Origin: Bugula neritina
Lineage: Eukaryota; Animalia; Bryozoa
Length of the DNA stretch: 64,000 nucleotides
Direction: 5' to 3'
Assembly: GCA_964035545.1 (NCBI GenBank)
Contig: OZ037772.1
Coordinates: forward strand, 3,377,538 to 3,441,537
Made by a program: the position numbers and the translations under genes. The notes beneath the pieces were generated by a model. That model did not search any database, had not been told where the DNA came from, and was given only the letters and a program-made list of their open reading frames with translations. This document shows positions 41,498 through 51,966 of this stretch, piece after piece (position 1 is the first letter of the stretch; each line of letters starts with the position of its first letter).

Positions 41498-42013
41498 ATG
41501 ATGACAGAAGTAGAAAATTTTCCCTTGCAAAATAAAGATCCTATATTTAATGAACAAGATGCAAATGTGGCTGAAGATGAGTTAGATGTGGCGAGAAAAG
41601 TTGTACATAATCGGAATACACTCATTAATAAAGTTTCGACCAGGAGAGATAATGCAAAGAATGACTGGAGCTTTTCAGAACTAAAAAAGAAACCTATCGC
41701 TATTATCCTGGTAGCACTATTTTTATCAATGAATGTAATCAACATAGTTATGAGCGGTAATGGTAGCTTTTCTGGAAAGATGTTTTCAACTAATTATACT
41801 TTAGACAGAATGTTCAATAACTGCACAAAACACTTCGAAATGACTGACAATTTAAAACTAGCTGTTTGCAACACTAAAGTTCACGGGGATTTTATAACTA
41901 TACAATATTTTTTCTTGAATGGTAATATGTCTCAGAGTGATGCGTCTTCACCATCTAAGCTGTTAACAGTTTTGACTAAACACATTTTAGAAAATAATTA
42001 TTACGGAATGTAA
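41498..42013 (+). CDS. Maverick accessory ORF1, predicted type II single-pass membrane glycoprotein (171 aa)
   Basis: Intact ORF. KKK precedes hydrophobic PIAIILVALFLSMNVINIVM; four N-X-S/T sequons follow (NGS, NYT, NCT, NMS). TATA/Inr upstream and AATAAA at 42043. Confidence 0.7.
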   Translation: MMTEVENFPLQNKDPIFNEQDANVAEDELDVARKVVHNRNTLINKVSTRRDNAKNDWSFSELKKKPIAIILVALFLSMNVINIVMSGNGSFSGKMFSTNYTLDRMFNNCTKHFEMTDNLKLAVCNTKVHGDFITIQYFFLNGNMSQSDASSPSKLLTVLTKHILENNYYGM

Positions 42014-42640
42014 TGTTTTTCTGTATACAACTCATAGTTTATAATAAAATGTTAAATGGAAACAAAAAACATGTCTTATGGTCCAACTCTATTTGCAACT
42101 CCATTTTTAAACTTATAACTTGACACAATTTTTCTGAAACTCAAAAAGCAGAAAAAAGATAATTAACCTTATGCTAATGATGTTTGAAACTTTGACAAAG
42201 TAAAAATTAATATTAGCAAAAATTAGGAGGTGACACAGCGGTTTCCAATTTAATCAATGGGAAGTAAAACATAATAAAATCTTGTATAACCTGATATAAT
42301 ATCGCCCAGTAATTAAACCCTAGATGGGTGGATTGTATTTAAAATTTAACAACTCAATTCCTCATTATAGTTAGAAATCGGAAAATTTTTCAGCTAAGAT
42401 GGATGACACGGCAATTTCTAATTTACGGATGGGAAGTGTCCTAGTTGAAATTTAAATACATATGCAACTGTTAAAACACGTATCACCTACGGAAACTGAT
42501 ATAATATTGCTTACGTGAGTAAACCTTAAACCGGCAGATTACAATTAAAATGTTACCACCCAACTCCCTATAATAAAAAAGAGGAAAACTTTTAGTTAAG
42601 ATAAATTTCATTTACGTAGGAATAAATTACAAAATCTCAG

Positions 42641-42676
42641 TATATAAAAGCCTCGAAAAACTTCTATGTTTCATCG
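42641..42676 (+). promoter_or_regulatory. TATA box and Inr-like site of the 3-exon Maverick gene
   Basis: TATATAAAAG at 42641, TCA 30 bp downstream, good-context ACCATGG with ATG at 42702. Confidence 0.55.
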
Positions 42677-42701
42677 CATCCCAAACCATACAGCAAACAC
42701 C

Positions 42702-44014
42702 ATGGGAGATTTAGTAAAGAAGTTAGAAGCTGAACTACTACAACTCAGAAGAAAAGTGGGAGAAACGAGTACTAGTTCCAGTACAGTTGAACCACTCAAA
42801 GCCTTAAAGCCTTCTAAAAGAAAAAAGTAAGTAATAATATATTTCTTTTGGATATCTCACCACTAACCTGTTAGAATATTATTAACATGAGAATGATTTT
42901 AGTTTACTATAGTGTTAGCTTTCTATAACTATGCTAACCACTAACCTGTTAGAATATTATTAACACGAGAATGATTTTAGTTTACTATAGTGTTAGCTTT
43001 CTATAATTATGCTAACCTTTTTTATCAGCTAAAAGTAGCATTTTATTCATTACAATAATATTATTTTAGTGAATCTAAGTCTGGTGAATCAAAGCGTAAG
43101 AAACCTGCATCAATTCCAAAGGTGGATGAGTCGACTAGCGAGCCATCTGTATCTACCAGCGTGAGGTTAGTAGAATATCGTAAATCATCAATCATCTGTA
43201 AGACTCACAATTAATTGTATTCACTTGACAAACTATAAACAAATAAACAGACGTTTGTCGTGTAATAAATTATATTACGTAGAATAAGTTACATATTATA
43301 AAACATAGTAATAGATCCCTCTTTTTTAGAGCTACTACCACTCCTTCCTCTATGACGTTGTCTATTCCATCCGCTAGTTCCTCTACTGGTACAACTGTTA
43401 CTACAAGTGATGATGCTGCCACTGCTGCTACCGCTGTCGATCAGAGCAAAACACCTGCAAATGAAGAAGGTTGCTATTTAGTCCCTCTTAATTATGATCA
43501 ATCACAATTATCCTACTACACTGACAATGACAAGATAATACCTACATTTAATCATTCGCGTAAATTCTTTTTTAAATCTGATGAATTTATAGGTGAATTA
43601 AAAATATACGAGTCGAAAATTCCCAACAGTGGGCCATGTTTATATGTGAAAAAATCTAAAAATCTAGAACTTTTTAAAACAAAGCTAGCTAAAATTTTTG
43701 AAAAAAAAGTTAAGTTTTACGGTAAAAGTGAAAATGCATCATTGCTCGGATGTTATGTTGACGTGGTCAGAAACATGGAAGACGAAATTTGCGTAAATGC
43801 TGTAGTCAATGGACAACCTGTGTTATTAAATGTACAACAACTGTATGGAAAAGTGGGAAAATTAACATGCGTGTTGAGAAGCGGTGTGATAAAAAAAGTA
43901 AACGAGGACTTATTTTGGTCACTAAATGTGACCGAAATCAAACTAGACGACATATCACCGGATGAATATAATTATTTTAAACGATCGGAGCCGATCATAA
44001 AATTTTTAGGCTGA
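42702..44014 (+). CDS. Spliced Maverick gene, 301 aa (exons 42702-42826, 43070-43165, 43330-44014); putative ssDNA-binding protein
   Basis: GTAAGT and GTTAGT donors and TTTTAG acceptors, both introns phase 2, join into one 906-nt frame. N-terminal coiled segment, basic NLS-like KRK..KRKKP, S/T-rich linker, beta-rich C-terminal domain. Function is inference. Confidence 0.75.
42858..43017. repeat. ~78-bp tandem duplication inside intron 1 of the spliced gene
   Basis: accactaacctgttagaatat...tgttagctttctataa[c/t]tatgctaacc occurs twice. Confidence 0.85.
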
Positions 44015-44124
44015 CGGACTGACACTGACTCTCTAATATAAATATGTTGTATTTTTTGGTGATGGGGAAATATTTTATGTTGGTGAATGGAATACTTTTA
44101 TGCGTATTATTGTTTAAAATATTG

Positions 44125-45682
44125 TTACAATATATCTCAATATATAATCAGTAAAAAGAAATTCAATACTATCTCTGCCACTATTAAACACAAAATGTAT
44201 AAAAGCGAGTTGTTAATACACAACATCTATATATTACAATCTATCTCAATATATACTCAATGAAAAAAAATTCAATACTATCTCTGCCACTATTAAACAC
44301 AAAATGTATAAAAGCGAGTTGTTAATATACAACATCTATATATTACAATCTATCTCAATATATACTCAATGAAAAGAAATTCAATACTAGCACTGCTACT
44401 ATTGAATGTATAAAAGCGAGTTGTTAATATACAACATCTATATATTACAATCTATCTCAATATATACTCAGTGAAAAGAAATTCAATACTAGCACCGCTA
44501 CTATTGAATGTATAAAAACGAGTTAATATACAACATCTATATATTACAATCTATCTCAATATATACTCAATGAAAAGAAATTCAATACTAGCACTGCTAC
44601 TATTGAATGTATAAAAGCGAGTTGTTAATATACAACATCTATATATTACAATCTATCTCAATATATACTCAATGAAAAGAAATTCAATACTATCTCTGCC
44701 ACTATTAAACCCAAAATGTATAAAAGCGAGTTGTTAATATACAATATCTATATACTTCAATCTATCTCAATATATACTCAATGAAAAGAAACTCAATACT
44801 ATATCTCTGCCACTATTAAACCCAAAATGTATAAAAGCGAGTTGTTAATATACAATATCTATATACTTCAATCTATCTCAATATATACTCGATGAAAAGA
44901 AATTCAATACTATCTCTGCCACTATTAAACCCAAAATGTATAAAAGCGAGTTGTTAATATACAATATCTATATACTTCAATCTATCTCAATATATACTCA
45001 ATGAAAAGAAATTCAATACTATCTCTGCCACTATTAAACCCAAAATGTATAAAAGCGAGTTGTTAATATACAATATCTATATACTTCAATCTATCTCAAT
45101 ATATACTCGATGAAAAGAAATTCAATACTATCTCTGCCACTATTAAACCCAAAATGTATAAAAGCGAGTTGTTAATATACAACATCTATATATTACAATC
45201 TATCTCAATATATACTCGATGAAAAGAAATTCAATACTATCTCTGCCACTATTAAACACAAAATGTATAAAAGCGAGTTGTTAATATACAATATCTATAT
45301 ACTTCAATCTATTTCAATATATACTCGATGAAAAGAAACTCAATACTATCTCTGCCACTATTAAACACAAAATGTATAAAAGCGAGTTGTTAATATACAA
45401 TATCTATATACTTCAATCTATTTCAATATATACTCGATGAAAAGAAACTCAATACTATCTCTGCCACTATTATACACAAAATGTATAAAAGCGAGTTGTT
45501 AATATACAATATCTATATACTTCAATCTATCTCAATATATACTCGATGAAAAGAAATTCAATACTATCTCTGCCACTATTAAACACAAAATGTATAAAAG
45601 CGAGTTGTTAATATACAATATCTATATACTTCAATCTATTTCAATTTATTTCAATATATCTTAATATATACTCGATGAAAAA
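44125..45682. repeat. Internal tandem array, 14 units of 99-111 bp (mode 109 bp) plus partial ends
   Basis: TGTATAAAA recurs at 44196, 44305, 44407, 44509, 44608, 44717, 44828, 44937 and then every ~109 bp to ~45591. Confidence 0.95.
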
Positions 45683-45890
45683 GTTTAAAACACTGTTCTT
45701 CTGGCTCTGATGAAGAGTGTAGTAAACCTGACAATTCTATCTGATAATGCCACTATATGTCAAGTATATACATTTATGAGTGTATCTATTTACATATTAA
45801 TAAACAATATCTCTATTTGAAGTAATTTTCTTTGATCCTTGCATCTCTATCAAGGTGGTTAAAAGAATAATTTATACTTCAATGTTTTAG

Positions 45891-48800
45891 AGAAATTCAA
45901 GTGCCACATATGTGGAAAAAGTTATAACCACAGGCAAAGTTTGAGCAGGCACCAAAGTATCCACAAAAAAAGATGTGATCAATGTAAACGGTTGTATGCA
46001 CCGTGGAAAACAAATCACCGATGTCATAACACGGTAATTTATCTACTGAGTGATACGATACGATATGAATATGATCATACTACATATACTATTACAACAA
46101 ACTCAAAGCTAACTAATCAATGGTAATCTTGGTAAATTTTAGAATACAAACTCAAACGGAGCAGAGAGAAGGTCAAACAAAAAGCCTCAAACCACATTCA
46201 GTGATGATATTGAACGCTATCAGTACAAAGGCATTTACGAAGAGGAAACAAATGCTCTATTGAGAAAAAACTGGTCAGCTATAAGAACGTACAACAGAAA
46301 AGGGAAATATTGTAGTGTCTACAATCGATTGATAAAAGACAATGACATTATTTCAACTTTAAACAATAAAGAAGTGAAATTAATATTTCATGAACAAACA
46401 TTGAAATTCAAATGCAATGCTTCAATTGGTTTTATCCTTTTGAATCAAAATGAGGAAAAGTTGAGATACTTTCATGCTAGCATGGGTGTTGATAAACTTT
46501 TTGCCTCGCCAAAGCTAATAGAGAATTTACAAGATTTCAATCAACTTGTGAAAGAAATGACAGAAAAAGATTTCATAGAGAAAGCAACTCAAAACAGGCC
46601 AAACACTTCGTGGAGTGTTCACAAAATAACAAATATTACATTGTATGTATTTCCTATACCAGATCACAATATCGGAAGCCCTATATCTCCATCTGAGAGA
46701 ACAAAACAAAACAAAGCAATTATAACAGCTAGCACTGATACAACTGGAAGACTGTATGAAGACAACTTATGTCTATTTAGAGCTCTAGCTTACTCAAAGG
46801 GGCAGCAGAGTACTTTAACACAGTCTACGAAACATTATTATGAAATGTACTTGAATGGTATGAACAAACTGAATCAAGATTTTACAGGAGTGCCTTTATC
46901 AGACCTCAGATTTGCCGAGCGAATACTGAACTGTTCTATTAATGTGTACACCTTGGAATACAATACAGGGAAAGAAGCTAATGCAAAGCTTATGTACAGA
47001 GCCACTACCAATTACAAACACAAACTAAACCTACATCTAGAGGAATCACATTTCAGTTGGATAAAAAACATCTCTCTTTACACAAAGTCATACAAATGTA
47101 CATTTTGTAACAAGCTAATGAAATCAGTCAGAGCGTTGAATAGTCATAACACAGTATGTACAGCTGGTGAAACAAACCTTGTGTATCCCTACGGGGTGTA
47201 TACTCCGTCTCGATCTATTTTCGAAAAGCTTGAAGATGTTCACATCACAGTTGATGAAAATAGACGACATTATCCGTACTTTGCTGTGTTTGATTGCGAA
47301 ACGATGATGTCTTCGATTGATTTACCTGCAAACACAAATACAATACACTATGAAAACAAACACAAGTTGGCTTGTATAAGTTTATGCTCAAACGTATCTG
47401 GCTATACACAACCAGTGAATTTCATGAATTCTGGAAATGAATACGAGCTGGTTGTGAAAATGATGGATTTCCTTACAAAGCTGTCTGAAGTATGCTACCA
47501 GAGATTGCTTGTTAGATACAATGATGTGTTTAAACAACTACGTGAAAAAGCTGACGAGTGTATCAAGAAAGAAATTGAAGCTAGTTGTAATAACAAAGCA
47601 GTGAACAATGTCAAAAAAAAGTTTGAATCACTAGAAAGTCAACTCCACTGTTATTTGAAAGACTTGATGATCTTGTCTTTCAACGGCGCTGTCTATGACA
47701 TTCCATTGATTCGACAACATATGCTACGGTATCTATTAGAACAAAACCAAAAAGTTTTGTTTACAGCTAAAAAAGGAAACAAATACATGTGTATTCAAAC
47801 GGAAAAATTAAGATTTCTAGACGTGCTCAATTTCCTTGCTCCAGGGTTTTCGTACTCTGATTATCTAAAAGCTATGGGAGTTGAAGGGGAAAAATTCTTC
47901 TGGCCTTATGACATATTCACATCTATGGAAGTGCTAGACAGAACAGAGTTCCCCGCTCATGAAGAGTTTTACAGTAAACTGAAAGGTAAAAACATATCCG
48001 TTCAGGAGTATGAAAAATGCAAAGAAATATGGGTGCAGAAAGGAATGAAAACATTAAAAGACTTACTAGAGTACTACAATAACGAAGATGTCAGACACTT
48101 TATACCAGCATTAGAAAAGCAAAATGAATTTTACAAATCATGCAATCTTGATTTCAAGTCAGCTATATCTATACCAGGACTAGCGATTCAATATTTATTT
48201 CAATTAAAAGACCCAGAAGCGCCAATCTTTCTGTTTGGTGATAAGTTTAAAGACATTCACCAACTTATCAAATCAAACATTAGAGGTGGTTTATCAATTG
48301 TGTTCTCAAGGTATCAAGAAGCTGGCGCAACAAAGATTAAACCTGAATACTTTGGTGATCAAGCCAAAACTACGCAAACATGTGTAGGGTATGATGCGAC
48401 AAGTTGATATTTGAGTTGCCTAGTGAAAGATATGCCCACAGGAGCCTTTGTAAGAAGGCGGAGAGAAAATAGCTTTAGAATAGAAAAAAGCTACTATTCG
48501 GGTGAAAAAGCTACAGTATGGCTAAAATACATGTCAAAGCTGCTCGGAGTCAAAATTCAACACAAGTTTAATAGCACCGAATGTCGAATAGGTGGACGAA
48601 ACATACCAGTCGATGGATACGCTCTGGCGAGTGATGGTAGTGAACTAGTGTTCAACTACTCAGGATGCTGGTTTCACGGACATCTATGCGACTATTGTCC
48701 AAATGGAAAGTTTAATAACAAAGAAAAAGATTTACAAAATCAAATAGACACATACAATACGCTGAAATATTTCCAAGATTTGGGTTACAGAGTCTACCAT

Positions 48801-50293
48801 ACTTGGGAGTGTGAATTTGATAATTTGAAAAAGGAAAACAGTGATGTCAGTGAGTTCTGCTCAAATCTGGACTTCATTGTTGATTCAAGATACGTAATAT
48901 CAGAAAGCAAAATACTAGAAGAAATCAAAAATGGTTCAATGTTTGGAATGGCTGAAGTTGATATAGAAACACCTGAAGACTTGAAAACAATATTTGCTGA
49001 ATATCAACCTATACAAAAAAATGTACTGATATCAAGGGATGACATAGGCCCACACATGAAACAATTTGCAGAACGAAATGGTTTACTAAAAAAGCCATCA
49101 CGTACTTTAATCAGTAGCTATTTCGGGAACAAAATCCTTTTGTCCACCCCGCTACTGCAATGGTACCTACAACACGGCTTAGTGGTTACAAAAGTATATC
49201 AAGTAATTCAATACAAGCCATCAAAATGCTTCAAGCTGTTTGGTGAAAAGGTAATGGAGGCTAGGAGAGCTGGTGACCTCGATTCCTCAAAGAAGATTAT
49301 ATCGGATTCATGCAAACTAATAGGTATTTAGTAAATATTGACATGTTTAAACATAGCACTTATTCAATGGTTATTAATATGCAAATCACTTAAGCATCTA
49401 GCAAGAGCGATAACTTTTGCATTGAATAATTACTCAATATATTTCAAAATAATCCACTTCGCTATATTTCAGGAAACTCTGCGTATGGCCGAACACTAGT
49501 CAACCTGGAGAGTCACACTGATATCATATATTGTGATGCTGAAGAGACAAACATCTCAAGACTGGTAAACAATCCTAGATTTAACAGCTTACAAGAAATT
49601 GATTCTCAACTAGTTGAAATTGAATCACGAAAAGCTAAGATTAGACTCAATGTACCAGTACAAATTGGCTTTCAAGTATTAGAGTATGCAAAGCTAGCCA
49701 TGTTGAAATTCTATTACGATTTCTTGTTAAAGTTTCTATCTCTAGACAGTTTTGCTTTGATTCAAATGGACACTGACTCAATGTATTTAGCTCTAAGTGA
49801 AAAAACTTTGTACCTAGCGGTTAAAAGTGATATGAGAAATGAATTTGAACAAGAACACACTAGTTGGATGTGTAGAGAATATTGCGATGAACACAAGTCA
49901 CAATATTTTCAATGTATGTTTAACGGGCAAACCTGGAATCCATTAGACTGTTGTAAAGCTAGTGCCAAGTTCCACAAAAGATCTTTGGGGTTGTTTCACT
50001 GCGAAAATGTCTCCCGAGGTGTTGTAGCGCTTTGCTCCAAATGTTACTATTGTTTCGGGGAAGAACCTAAATACAGTTCAAAAGGTGTCAGTAAATTGCA
50101 CAACAACTATACCGAAAAAGATTACTTCGATGTATTGATAAATCAGAAAATTGCTTACGGTACGAACAAGGGTTTTCGAGTAAAAGGTGAAGAAATATTC
50201 ACGTACGTTCAAAATCGAAAAGCTTTAAATTATTTTTACGGAAAGAGAATTGTGTCACAAGATCACGTGACAACCAAACCTACTTTACTGTAA
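45891..50293 (+). pseudogene. polB: Protein-primed family B DNA polymerase (pPolB), ~1380 aa, spliced (exons 45891-46033, 46143-49323, 49473-50293; first exon unresolved), with one in-frame TGA at 48405-48407
   Basis: C2H2 finger FKCHICGKSYNHRQSLSRHQSIH; vOTU-like DNLCLFRALA..SHF; Exo I FDCET, Exo II FNGAVYD, Exo III YNNEDV; motif A YDATS*Y; motif B KLIG/NSAYG across the last intron; motif C DTDS; terminal YGKRIV. Confidence 0.93.
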
Positions 50294-50374
50294 AAAAACT
50301 GTGTTCAGTTAGCGCGTTCAGTTAATTGGTATTTCACTGTTCGGTTGATAGGTCGCATCAATCAATATTCTACG

Positions 50375-50773
50375 ATGGAAAATTTATACCTATTACAGAA
50401 AAACGCTTATAATTATATATGGTACAAGCTTTCGAAAATGAGTAGACAACATTACGTTAACTATTGTATAACACAAACCGTTTTGGACATGTACAATAAA
50501 CATCAAAATTGGAGTGAGGAAGAAATAAATGAATTGGTCGAACTAGCCGAGGATATGTACGAGACTAACGGTTACGTTCAGTTTTGTAAAGTGGCAAAAG
50601 ATTTGACTGATCCAAATATCTCAGCTATTCGCTTAGAAACAATATTTTTCTTGTGCGTGCAAATTTGCAAAATGTATATCGAGGCTGGAGAACACTTCGC
50701 AGTGAAATATTTTATTCAACAGATCCAATGGAACTTGGGAATAGCTCTCGAGAAACAAAACAATGTACAATAG
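50375..50773 (+). CDS. Bcl-2-like protein (132 aa), putative viral apoptosis regulator
   Basis: BH4-like AYNYIWYKLSK (cf. Bcl-2 KYIHYKLSQ) and BH1-like YVQFCKVAKDLTDPNISAIRLETIFFLCVQIC (cf. Bcl-xL [32 protein letters not shown]). All-helical pattern; TCAGTT Inr motifs at 50305 and 50318; AATAAA at 50921. Confidence 0.6.
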   Translation: MENLYLLQKNAYNYIWYKLSKMSRQHYVNYCITQTVLDMYNKHQNWSEEEINELVELAEDMYETNGYVQFCKVAKDLTDPNISAIRLETIFFLCVQICKMYIEAGEHFAVKYFIQQIQWNLGIALEKQNNVQ

Positions 50774-50800
50774 TTTATTTTGTATATAATTGTGTATATT

Positions 50801-50858
50801 TGCCTAAACTTGCCTAAACATGCCTAAACATGCCTAAACATGCCTGAACTTGCCTAAA
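50801..50858. repeat. 10-bp tandem repeat TGCCTAAAC[A/T], 6 copies
   Basis: Read directly, between the Bcl-2-like ORF and the ATPase. Confidence 0.9.
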
Positions 50859-50950
50859 TCTATTTATACTTTTTTATGCCTATTAATATTTTTGTACATT
50901 ACTTGATACAATTATTTGGGAATAAACTCTCGGAATATACAGTTAACATC

Positions 50951-51601
50951 ATGAGCTTACCTTTCTACCATACATTTTCAGCAATTGTAGCTGGTCCTTC
51001 AAGGGCTGGTAAAACTCAGTGGGTAAGGAAATTGATTACCAACAGTCATACAATGATATCACCTCCACCTGAAAAAATAATATATTGTTATAGTGAGTGG
51101 CAGCCACTGTTTAGCTCATACAACAACGTTGAGTTTCATCAAGGTGTTATCGATATACAAGAATTAAACAAAAATATAAAAAACTTGATAATATTTGATG
51201 ATTTAATGAGTGAAATAGATCAGAATATTGAAAACATATTTACTAAGCACAGTCACCATCGCAACATAAGCGTAATATTTATAACACAGAATCTGTTTCA
51301 AGACAACTCTCACATGAGAACAATGTCTCGAAGCGCTTCTTATGTTGTTGTATTTAAAAACCCTAGAGACGTGAACCAGATATCCTATTTGGCAAGACAA
51401 ATGTTTCCTAAAAACCAGAGTAATTTTGTTGTTGAAGCGTTTCGAGACGCCACTTCTGTCCCCTTTGGGTACTTGGTTATAGACTACAGGCAAGAGACAG
51501 AAGACTATTTGCGCATTAGAACAGGTGTATTTCCGGGTGAGAAAACCTATATCTATTTGTCAAACAGAAACGCTACTTCATTACAAAGAAATGCAGCTTG
51601 A
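50951..51601 (+). CDS. A32/FtsK-like genome packaging ATPase (216 aa from the likely ATG)
   Basis: Walker A GPSRAGKT, Walker B LIIFDD, SHHRNISVIFITQNLF, FKNPRD, typical of Polinton ATPases. Confidence 0.93.
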   Translation: MSLPFYHTFSAIVAGPSRAGKTQWVRKLITNSHTMISPPPEKIIYCYSEWQPLFSSYNNVEFHQGVIDIQELNKNIKNLIIFDDLMSEIDQNIENIFTKHSHHRNISVIFITQNLFQDNSHMRTMSRSASYVVVFKNPRDVNQISYLARQMFPKNQSNFVVEAFRDATSVPFGYLVIDYRQETEDYLRIRTGVFPGEKTYIYLSNRNATSLQRNAA

Positions 51602-51615
51602 AGCTAACATAAATC

Positions 51616-51966
51616 ATGACCGCTAGAATTAAAAAACATGCCAAGACTCTAAGTTATTTAGCTGAATGTGACAAACACAACTGTAAAGCAATCATCAACG
51701 CAGCGGGTAGTGAACTGTTGAACTGTTTCTCAGATATTTGCTACAACGTATTAAAAGGCAAGGTGTCATTGTCACCTACTGAAGAAAACAATTTACGTAA
51801 ATACAAAAATATTTTAAGAAAGATTGCTGATAAAAAGAGTACACTGAAAACTAAAAAAACACTGGTACAGAAAGGAGGGTTTCTCTCGGCTCTTTTAGGA
51901 CCACTAATAGGAAGTGTTCTAGCACCACTAGCGAAAGGAATATTCAGCGGTTTTAGAAAAAGATGA
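51616..51966 (+). CDS. Conserved small basic Maverick protein (116 aa) with QKGG/FL motif and C-terminal amphipathic helix
   Basis: ELLNCFSDICYNVLKGKVSL..LRKIA..KK.LVQKGGFLSALL pattern and position after the ATPase match a known Maverick core ORF. Confidence 0.8.
   Translation: MTARIKKHAKTLSYLAECDKHNCKAIINAAGSELLNCFSDICYNVLKGKVSLSPTEENNLRKYKNILRKIADKKSTLKTKKTLVQKGGFLSALLGPLIGSVLAPLAKGIFSGFRKR

Noticed and set aside
44125-45682. CRISPR-like array inside the Maverick
   Set aside because: Units are repeated end to end with no unique spacers, no cas genes are present and the context is eukaryotic.
46260-50293. Three separate polymerase genes as drawn in the ORF track
   Set aside because: One nonsense codon and one intron join them into a single pPolB with motifs in the correct order.
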